From assembly GCF_009914755.1 (NCBI RefSeq), contig NC_060936.1: DNA of 64,000 nucleotides; one strand, given 5' to 3'. How positions within the stretch are numbered: the first letter of the stretch is position 1; the number at the start of each line of letters is the position of its first letter. The notes under the pieces were generated by a model. It was not told where the DNA came from and did not search any database. It worked only from the letters and a program-made list of their open reading frames with translations. This document shows positions 49,594 through 64,000 of this stretch, one piece after another. Made by a program: the position numbers and the translations under genes. Source of the DNA: the human T2T-CHM13v2.0 reference genome, Homo sapiens.

Positions 49594-49674
49594 TGGCTCT
49601 CATGAGCTGGTAATGAGTTGGCTCCAGCACACCACTGTCGCTACGTCCTTTACGTGCAGATTTGTTCCAGCTCA
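49594..49674 (-). repeat. 81-bp inverted copy of 47070-47150
   Basis: 79/81 identical to the reverse complement of 47070-47150. Confidence 0.97.
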
Positions 49675-49685
49675 TCTCTCAATGA

Positions 49686-49996
<311 letters not shown>

Positions 49997-50121
49997 TAAA
50001 ATTTAAAAAGCACTGGAGTCCTTTTTCAAACAAAATCTGTTGCAGATCCTCAACATATAAAGTAGGTTAAAACTTGTGCTTTATTGCTAAACATTGTGTA
50101 AGTTCAAAAAAATTTTTTTGA

Positions 50122-50256
50122 CTTTTTATTTTATTTTATTTATTTATTTTTTAGGCATGGGCTCTCACTAGGTTGCTTAAACTGGCCTTGAACTCAAAAG
50201 ATCCTCACTTCGGCCTCAAGTTGCTGTGATTATAAGCAGGAGACACCATGCCAAGC
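50122..50256 (-). mobile_element. Diverged FLAM/Alu monomer
   Basis: (TTTAT)n tail, then CTCACTAGGTTGC..TTGAACTC..GATCCTC..CACCATGCC. Confidence 0.7.
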
Positions 50257-51121
50257 TATAAATTCAAATTTTAAAAATTAACTTTATAGGTAAATAAAAA
50301 ACAAAACAATGAAACAACAAAGAAGAAGTGTCTTGTATATCCTGCAGAGGAATTTGGATTTCATCCTAAAGGCAATTGGAGTATTTTTTTAAAGGGTCAT
50401 AACAAAGTCCTTAATTGGATTTTTGGAAGATGGGCCTGCCAACAATGTAATACAAAGATTGAGAGTAGGAAGAAACAAATGAACCTAGACAGGCCATTAG
50501 GAAATTATTGCAGCAATACAGGCAAGAAGATGAAAAAGAGAGAAGGCTGATTCAAGAGACGATGCTGAGGGGGTTGAATTACTAGAAACTTATTGATCGA
50601 TAGGAATGCAGAGAATGATTTCCAGATTCTATCTTGAATCATCAGTGCCAATCATTGATTACAGGAATGAAAAGAAGGAATAGGTTTTGAAGGGAAAATG
50701 GCACAAGAGTGCCTTCTTTTCTGCTCAGTGGCTATTTCAAAGCTTCACACTTTTCTCAAGCATCTGCTCAGACTCCCAGCAAAGAATCTTACCTCTTTTC
50801 TTCAGAAAAAAATAGCAGTCATCAGGTGAGAATCTCTGCTTTCTCATCCCCGCTGCCTAACTGGTCTGCACCTTCCTCCTTCAGGCCTCACTGGAAGAGG
50901 GGTCCCACCCAGGTCTCACTCAATTCTGTATCCCAGGACCTCAGCCCTCAATGAGAGCCTCTTCCTATATCTTCAACCTCCCCCTCTCCACTCTTTCCCA
51001 CTGCATGCAGCTTTCAAATGTCTCTCATCTTAAAAAGAAACTCCTTCTACCTGTTACCTATTCCTTGCTAATTTTAACAACCAGGTTTCTTTAAGTTATG
51101 TACATACTACACATTCTTTGA

Positions 51122-51502
<381 letters not shown>

Positions 51503-51559
51503 TAGTAAAAAGCTCAAAAAACACATGTAAGTATGAAGAAATTACTTGCAATTCCACTG

Positions 51560-52620
51560 TGTAGAAATAGTTCTTGCTAAATATTGATATATTTATTTCT
51601 AGTAACTTTTCTATGCGTATATACAACTATGTATAAATGTCTATTTTAAAAGTACTTTTTAATTTCAAATTATACCATAAGTATTTTGCCATGTTATATA
51701 TTTTTAATTCCATTAGCATAACTTTAAAGGATGTATAAAGAGCCTATTTTCTGGCTACACCAAAATTTATTTAATCATCCCTTACAATTGGATTTTTAAA
51801 TTTTTCTAGTATTTGTTCAAATAAATAACATCGTGTAGACTGCCTTTACTCACATTTCATATTGTTTCCTTAGGATAAATTTCTAAAAGTGGGACTCTTG
51901 CCAAGGGTGGTGGCCTGTGCCTATAGTCCCAGTTACTTGGAAGGCTGAGGTGGGAGGATTGCTGGAGCCCAGGAGTTGGAGGCTTCAATGCGCTGTTGAT
52001 TACGCCTATGAATAGCCACTGCACTCCAGCCTGGGCAACATAATGAGTCTCCATCTTAATAAATAAATTAATTCAATAAAAGTGGAACTCTTTTGTCAAA
52101 GAATATTAATATATTTAAAGCTTTGGATAAATATTCCCAAATTGCTTTCCAGAAAGTTTGTATCAAAATACATTCTTATTCACTCTGCCTTTGTCAGGTT
52201 CACTACAATTTTTTTTAAAGAAAATTTTTTTCATCTAGTGATCAGAAATAGTATTTGTTTTGTTTTGCATTTCTTTGATTAAAAGTAAAAGTGGGCATTT
52301 TTATATTTATTAGTCACTTCTATTTCTCTTTGGTGAATTATGTATTTATGTCCTTTGCCCATTTAACTATTGGGTTCTTTATATTTTTCTTCTTGATATT
52401 TATGAATTCTTTACATAATAAAGGTATTCAATCTCTTGCTGTCAAGTTTACTGGATATATTTTCCCCTATTCGCTTTGTCATTTAAGTTGGTTTATGGGC
52501 TTAGACTTATATGGAGGAAGGGGGCAGTGCAGAGATATTTTTTATTTTTATAAATTCAAATATTTCAATAATTTCCTTTGGGAATTCTTCCATCGCTATT
52601 ATACTCAAAAAGTCCTTTTT
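51560..52620 (-). mobile_element. Degenerate L1ME fragment
   Basis: TTAGGATAAATTTCTAAAAGTGG, CCAAATTGCTTTCCAGAAAG, TGTCCTTTGCCCATTT motifs. Confidence 0.6.
51900..52078 (+). mobile_element. FAM (fossil Alu monomer)
   Basis: Monomer with the FAM-specific CCTATGAATAGCCACTGCACTCCAGCC. TSD AAAAGTGG(G/A)ACTCTT. Confidence 0.85.
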
Positions 52621-55091
52621 CCAGCCAGGCATCAAGTATTCATCTGCATTATTACATTACAGGTATTTCTCTCAAGTCCTAGCTGTAAAACAAAGATGAA
52701 AACCCTCATTCTCTAGCTCAAAGAACTCTACTAGCCAGTGAGGGAGACAGGCATATGCACAGATAAACATATATGTATAAGAAATGGCTAAAGGAAGACT
52801 TTTCATCCTATTTATAAATGTTTATGACTAGGTCAGGGGGACCAAATTTACCTAACGTAGCTCATCTCTCAATTTTACCAGAAGTTATTAATTTTGGACC
52901 ATTGAACACATGCACAAAACTGTGCTGTTTCTAGAAATATATGAAATAGGAATATGATAGCCCATCCCAGCTGATCAGCCCCTTCTTCCTGGCTCTGGAG
53001 GTTTTAAAAACAATGACTCATTAAATATTTCCCAGGCAACCGTCTCTCCAATCTTCCCACAAGTCTGAGTTTGTCAGCCTGTTTCAATTTTATCTAAGAA
53101 ATTAAATCTCGGCTTTAGTTTTTATTAGCACGTTTACTGGTTTGCTGTGCTTTAGAAAACATTTTTAAAGGAAACATGTAAATTATAATGAAGATAAGCC
53201 AGAAATGAAAAGCCTCAGATAAAATGGGAATGATTGTTAATGAATGACCATTAACAAAGTTTTCAGGAAATTAGCACAGATGACGTGGCAATCGCTTGTG
53301 AAGGAGGCCTTCATAGAACTGCCTTGCTTTTAGTGTGCTAAGAAATTCTGACTCTCATACACTGTTAACAGGAGTATAAAATATCACAGTGTATTGATTT
53401 GCCCCTATAGCTACTGAATGAATCATTTTTTAATAAACTGATATGATCTAAAAGATGTTATATATGAGAATTTCTACTAACTGAATGTGTGACCTTACTT
53501 AAATCATTTAATCATTTTGACCGATAGTGTCTTCATCTGCACAACAGGGATAAAATTACACTGTCCACTTTGCCTGGGTTGTTGTGAGGATTCTATGAGG
53601 AAAAAACATGTGAAAGCCATTATAAACTCTGATGAAATATACAAATATGCACTTGTGTTTTAAACTGCACAGCTCTCCATATGCTTATGCAGTTATGATT
53701 TTAGTATCTCTAATTATTTTCAAGGCTGATAGATATGCTACCCGTTAGTGAGTAATGTCCCTTGTCTTCATAGGGACCATTTCGATATCCTCACTTCCTG
53801 TGGGCATTGTTGAATGATAATCACTGTACATCACAGCTCTGTAAGGAACAGGCCTATTTCATTCACTGGCACCGCAGTCGGATCCTTTTATTCCTCTAGT
53901 ACAGACTATACCCTCAGGTACAGTAAAAGACATATATTCAGTTAAAACCATTGCACAGTCTTAAGTGTACAGATAAAGTCCATTCTAACTATGCAAAATA
54001 AACTGTTCCTTAAACAAGTTTTCATTAATTTTTACCATAGTCTATCATTTCTATCAAAACTTTGCTTTTAAAATTGGTTCTGGCAAAATTCCCAAATATG
54101 CACCCTTCCAAATGTTTACTTATTTGGCATTAAAACTCCTAAAAATGTCCCTAAGTAATTAGAGAAAATGCAAAAGAAATTATCTAAAATGAGGTATTAA
54201 AATTATTCCAGGTAATATGGTGACTTGAACATGCATTTCCAGCTGCCCCTCCCATAAGCTCATTGAAATGACCAAGGGAATAAAAATACATATAGATGAA
54301 CAAACCTACACTGGCAATGGAAACTAGGGCAAAGTGATAAGCACATAGTAGCAACATCAAAGACAGACACTCTGCGGGACATGAAGCAGACTAATCTGAG
54401 TTGAAGAAAGGACCCTATGTCCAAAGGCAACATAAGCACAGGAGACCTCAGAGAATCTCAATAATAATCCCTTACCTGTAGGGACAAAGACTTGGAGGTG
54501 AGACTTGCAGTCAGGGGCATTCTAGAAGGCAACCACAGAGACTCCAAGAAAAGCATGTGGCACCCAAGAGTATACACAGGGTTTTGCTCTTGACACAGAT
54601 GTCTGTATTTCTTAACCTAAATTTTTTAACCCAGACACAATAATCACTGCTCTGCTTTGGACATCTTTTACAGCAGAATATATAGATCTACCCCCATTAT
54701 TTCTAATGTTTAATTTGAATTTTAAACGTTATATATTTGTATAGCTGTACCACATCTGTGTGCATATTTCTAATGTTTAAGTTGCTTTTTTACTGTAGAG
54801 CTGTACCACATCTATGTGTATATCACTAGGATATAGTTAACTAGATTCCAAAAAGTATATTCCTCATCTAAAGCACGTGAATTTGTAATTCTGATTAATA
54901 CTGCCAAATTGCCCACCTAAACTGTCATAGCAATTTATTTCCTACCAACAAAGTAGAAGACACATTCCCTGCTTCTTCTTATAATTTTTATTTAAATTGT
55001 ATCTATTTATTAGAATTTCTTTAAAACTTTTCTACCAACCTGAGGGCAACAGTGACAGTTCATGTTGTTTTAATTTGCATTACTTTGGTAA

Positions 55092-55490
<399 letters not shown>

Positions 55491-56339
55491 TGGGTGCCTC
55501 TATTTTTTAAATGCTTTATATAAACAGGAGAGTAGGTAGGAGAACAAAATGTTGGAGCAAGTCGATCTAGATTTAAATCCCATCTCTGTCACTTAAGTCA
55601 ACAAGTGAGTTTGGAGGAATTAGTTACCCTCTCTGTGCTTCCATTTCCTCACCTAGGAAAATAACAATAGTAGCTACCTCATAATGTTGTAGGATATTTT
55701 TTATTGATACATAATATTCGTACATATTTCTAGGGTTCATGTGATATTTTGTCACATGCATAGAATGTGTAATAAACAAGTCAGGGTATTTAGTGTCTCC
55801 ATTATCTTGAGTATTTATGATTTCTATGTGTTGGGAACATTTTAAGTTGTGGGATTTCTAATGGCTTAAAATTAAAAAGCACTCTGTTAGTGCTAGGCAC
55901 ATAGAAAAGTGGCTAATAAGTGTTAGCAATTTGCAGGAGCTCACTGAACAGGACTAATAGGAATCATTCATCTGCAGTAATTTTCTTCCATCCTGTTCTT
56001 TGCTTTTATTTTGTTTTATTGTGTCTTTGACCATGCTGAAGTTTTTCATTTGTGTACAGTCAAATCTGTCAATCTTTTCTCGTAGGTTTTAATATTATGC
56101 TTAGAAAGGCCAGTCTCAGTCCAGGATTTTTAAAGTATTCTGTCACATGTTCTTCTAATTGTTTTATAATTTTATTTTCCACATTTGGCTCTTTATTAAA
56201 AATTTATTTTTATAAATTGGTAAGATAGACCAGCTTTATTCTTTTCCCAGTGGAGAACCAATTTTCCTGCTTCCCCTTTCCCTCTTTAATTTGAAATACA
56301 CAAAATATTGACATTCCAATTAGAATGGCATTAAGTTTC

Positions 56340-56695
56340 TGTTGGAGGTGGACTTTGATGGAGGTGACTGGATCATAGGGACAGTTTCTTGTGAATGGTT
56401 TAGTACTATCACCCAGGGTACTGTCCTTGAGCTAGTGAGTTCTCGTGAGATCTAGTCATTTAAATGTGTGTATCACCTCACTACTTGCTCCTTCACTCCT
56501 GCTTTCACCATGCAACATACAAGCTCCCACTTCCACCTTCTACCATGTTTGGAAGCTTCCAGAGGCCTCCCCAGAAGCAGATGCCCCTATGCTTCCTATA
56601 CAACCTGTAGAACCCTGAGCCAAATAAACCTCTTTTCTTATAAATTACCCAGTCTCAGGTATTTCTTGATAGCAGTGCAAGAATGGCCCAATACA
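56340..56695 (+). mobile_element. MSTB-type MaLR LTR, 5' incomplete
   Basis: TGTTGGAGGTGG..GGAGGTGACTGGATCAT...GAGCCAAATAAACCTCTTTTC..ACCCAGTCTCAGGTATTTC..AATACA. Confidence 0.8.
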
Positions 56696-56837
56696 GTTCC
56701 CCTATTACCTTGAAGAGGATTGATAATTTCACAGTATGGGTTGTCCTATCTTGAAACATGGTAGTTTCTGCATTTATTCAGGTCTTATATTGTGTCCTTA
56801 ATTAGTTTTGTGGTTTTTCTTTGTACAAATTATACCC

Positions 56838-57338
56838 TGTTGGGAACAATCCCCCCAAAATCTGGCCCCAAAACGGGCTATAAACAAAATCTCTGCAGCA
56901 CTGTGACATGTTCTGATGGTCACAATGCCCACGCTGGAAGGTTGAGGGTTTACCGGAATGAGGGCAAGGAATACCTGGCCCACCTAAGGTGGAAAACTGC
57001 TTAAGGGCATTCTTAAACCACAAACAATAGCATGAGCGATCTGTGCCTTAAGGACATGCTCCTGCTGCAGTTAACTAGCCCAACCTATTCCTTTAATTCG
57101 GCCCATCCCTTCATTTCCCATAAAGGATACTTCTAGTTAATTTGATATCTATAGAAACAATGCTAATGACTGGCTTGCTGTTAATAAATACATGGCTAAA
57201 TCTCTGTTTGGGGCTGTCAGCTCTGAAGGCTATAAGACCCCTGATTCCCCACTTCACACCTCTATATTTCTGTGTGTGTGTCTTTAATTCCTCTAGCACT
57301 GCTGGGTTAGGGTCTCCCTGACCAAGCTAGTCTCAGCA
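56838..57338 (+). mobile_element. MER9-type solo LTR (HERV-K/HML-3 family)
   Basis: TG...CA termini. Starts TGTTGGGAAC..AAATCTGGCC..ATAAACAAAATCTCTGCAGCACTGTGACATG and ends GGGTTAGGGTCTCCC..TCTCAGCA. Perfect 6-bp TSD ATACCC (56832-56837 / 57339-57344). Confidence 0.85.
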
Positions 57339-57559
57339 ATACCCGTTTCTTGCTCATATATTCTTAAACATTTCTTCTCTAATTTATTAAGTTAGTTTAC
57401 TAACATGATCAATTGCAATAAAATATTTCCTAATGTTAAACTATCCTCTTACAGGGTTCTATTCTATGATTTCTTATGAAATTGTGTCAAACATACAAAA
57501 AAGTACAATATGCAGTATATTTATATTATATTTATTCTATATATTTAATAGAGGCTGTT

Positions 57560-59870
<2,311 letters not shown>

Positions 59871-59875
59871 CCACT

Positions 59876-60100
59876 TGTGCAACAAAGAAGGACCCCATCT
59901 CTATAAAAAATTTTAAAATTAGCCAGGCATGGTGGCATGTACTTGTAATCTTCCAGATACTCAAGAGGCTGAGGTAGGAGGATCACTTGAGCCCAGGAGT
60001 TCAAGGCTGCAGTGAACTATGATCATGCCACTGCCCTCCAGCCTGGGTGAGAGAGTGAGACCCTGTCTCTTTCAAATATAATAATAAAAAAAATAAAATA
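59876..60100 (+). mobile_element. 5'-truncated AluJ
   Basis: End of left arm, linker, right arm and A-rich tail. Confidence 0.9.
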
Positions 60101-60130
60101 AAAGATAACAAAATAAAGACTTTCTGACTT

Positions 60131-60420
<290 letters not shown>

Positions 60421-60463
60421 AAGATTTTCTGACTTATCTCTTGTAGCTGACTGTTGTTTGAAT

Positions 60464-62130
60464 TCCTTTTCTATTCTTATTTCTAGTTTTCTAAGAAAGA
60501 GAGGTTGTGTGTATGGGTAAGTGTGTGAAAGATTTGAATTTTATCAAATGTGCTTTCAGCACCTACTGAGATGATCATATGGTGATCAGGAAGGTAGAAA
60601 TAACAGGGAGACAGGAAATTCTTGGCAAAGAATTTGTGGCCAAATCCTCTAAAGCAACTGTAACAAAAACAAAAATTGACAAGTGGGACCTAATTAAACT
60701 AAAGAGCTTCTGCACAGCAAAAGAAACTATCAACAGAGTAACAGACACCCTACAGAATAGGAGAAAATATTCACACACAATGCATCTGACAAAGGTTTAC
60801 TATCCAGAATCTATAAAGAATGTAATTCAACAAGCAAAAAACAAATAACTCCATTAAAAAGTAGGCACGTGACATGAACGGGCACTTCTCAAAAGAAGAC
60901 ATAAAAGGGACCAACAAACATGAAATAATGTTCAACATTAGTAGAATCAGAGAAATGTAAACCAAAACCACAGTGAAATACCACCTCACTCCAGTCAGAA
61001 TGGTTATTATTAAAACGTCAAAAAATAACAGATGCTGGCAACACTGCAGAGGAAAGGGAACACTTTAATAACAATACCCCCATCAGCTTGGGCAACAAAG
61101 CGAAGACCACGTTCGTGGGGACATAAATTAGTTCAACCACTGTGGAAAGCAGTTTTGAGATTTCTCAAAGAACTTAAAACTGAACTACGATTCGACCCAG
61201 CAATCTCACTACTTGGTATGTAACCAAAAGAAAAGAAATTGTTCTGCCAAAAAAACACATGCACTCATATGTTCATTGCAGAACTATTCACAATGGCAAA
61301 ACATGGAATTAACCTAGATGCCCATTAACAGAGGATTGGATAAAGACAATGTGGTACATATGCACCATGGAATACCTTGCAGCCATGAAAAAAGAATTAA
61401 ATCATGTCCTTTAACATGAATTCAACTGGAGGCCATTATCTTAAGAGAATTAATGCAGGAACAGAAAACCAGATATTGCACATTCTTTCTCACTTATAAG
61501 CAGGAGCTAAGCATTAGGTATGGACGTAAAGATGAGAAAAATAAACACTGGAGACTACCAGTGGGGGAGAGAGGAAGAGGGACAAGGACTGAAAACTCCC
61601 TGTTGGGTACTATGCTTACCGCCGGGGTGATGGGGTCATTCACACATTCATACTCCAAACCTCAGTGTCACAAAACATATCCATGTAACAAACCTACACA
61701 TCTACCCCCGAATCTGAAATAAAAGTTGAAATTAGTTTTAAAAATAGCATTTACAAAATACCTTAAAAAATAAATAAAATAACTTGTGCTTTTCTGGGTA
61801 GACCACCGGTCTTTAGGTATGTCAATTTACCTTTCTGGGATTTCGTCCAATGTCGAAAAATAAAGAAATTGGACTAAGTAAAAAGCAAGAATATCCCCAC
61901 ATTTTCAACACCAAAGTATGACATTAAACCATTATTGGTTTTTTAAAGTTTCCTTTTCTATTCCTATTCCTAATTTTCTAAGACAGAGAGAGAGAGAGAG
62001 TGTGTGCGCATGTGTGTGTATGCGTGTGTGTGGTGAATGTGTGAATGAGTTTTCAATTTTATCAAATGTGGTTTTAGCACCTACTGAGATGATCATATGG
62101 TGAACAGAAAGGCAGGAATAACAGGGAAAC
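60464..62130 (+). repeat. Direct duplication: 60464-60611 and 61951-62130, flanking an L1PB
   Basis: Shared TCCTTTTCTATTC, AATTTTATCAAATGTG, AGCACCTACTGAGATGATCATATGGTGA and AATAACAGGGA. Confidence 0.9.
60613..61780 (+). mobile_element. L1PB 3' fragment
   Basis: ORF2 C-terminal peptide [25 protein letters not shown], and L1PB 3' UTR ending CCCCGAATCTGAAATAAAAGTTGAAATT with an A-rich tail. Confidence 0.88.
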
Positions 62131-62189
62131 CTTTCACTGTATACCTTTTGTAGCTGTTAAATTTTGTACCAGGATTTTTATTTCTAGTA

Positions 62190-63600
<1,411 letters not shown>

Positions 63601-64000
63601 GACGAATTTGAGCTTTGTGAATGTGTTACTTAGTTGAAATTTTTAAATTTTTAAATAGCTTTTTAAAAAATAACCCAGATTGGGGAGAGGGAGGCAGGAG
63701 ATGGTCTAAAAAGAAGGTTGCATATTATATTAGTTGCTTTGATTAAATTTGCCTTTGTTAACTTAGCAGAAAATACACTAAAAATGTAAAAAAAATAATC
63801 ATATTGCTCATTTAATATTTCCACATACAAAAATTGCTTATCCAAACTTCTCTAAAGTCTACAAATTAATCATTATTGAAGCACAGATTATGCAATGTTC
63901 TCACGTAAAAAAAAAGAAATGTTGGCTAATGAAAACTAGTAGCTAGGTACTTTTTTAGCCAGAATTTTATTTCAACCACAGAAACATGACTTGAAGCAGA

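Noticed and set aside
51900-52078. Possible 7SL RNA gene
   Set aside because: It lacks the 7SL S-domain and has an A-tail and TSD, so it is a FAM monomer.

Overview
Repeat-dominated hominoid genomic DNA (an SVA and young L1PA sequence point to a great ape or human), intronic or intergenic. I found no intact spliced gene, RNA gene or CRISPR array, and no convincing new biological system. The main contents are L1-mediated retrocopies: a full-length PSMC6 (Rpt4) processed pseudogene (5282-6843), a frameshifted SMIM3 processed pseudogene (19055-20928), a 5'-truncated SVA, two candidate retroposed 3'-UTR-like fragments (15276-15601, 49728-50322), and a young L1 with a 5' inversion and a 3' transduction. 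About 27 Alu elements or fragments, old L1M/L2/MIR, MaLR and MER9 solo LTRs and hAT DNA-transposon relics make up much of the rest. The observations most worth checking are: (i) an apparent AT-to-GC substitution bias and CpG retention in the SMIM3 copy; (ii) an 81-bp near-perfect inverted templated duplication; (iii) the age-chimeric L1 insertion; (iv) an Alu-plus-flank segment copied about 33 kb away into a locally duplicated L1. Repeat family and parent-gene assignments come from recalled consensus sequences, not database searches, and boundaries of old repeats are approximate.
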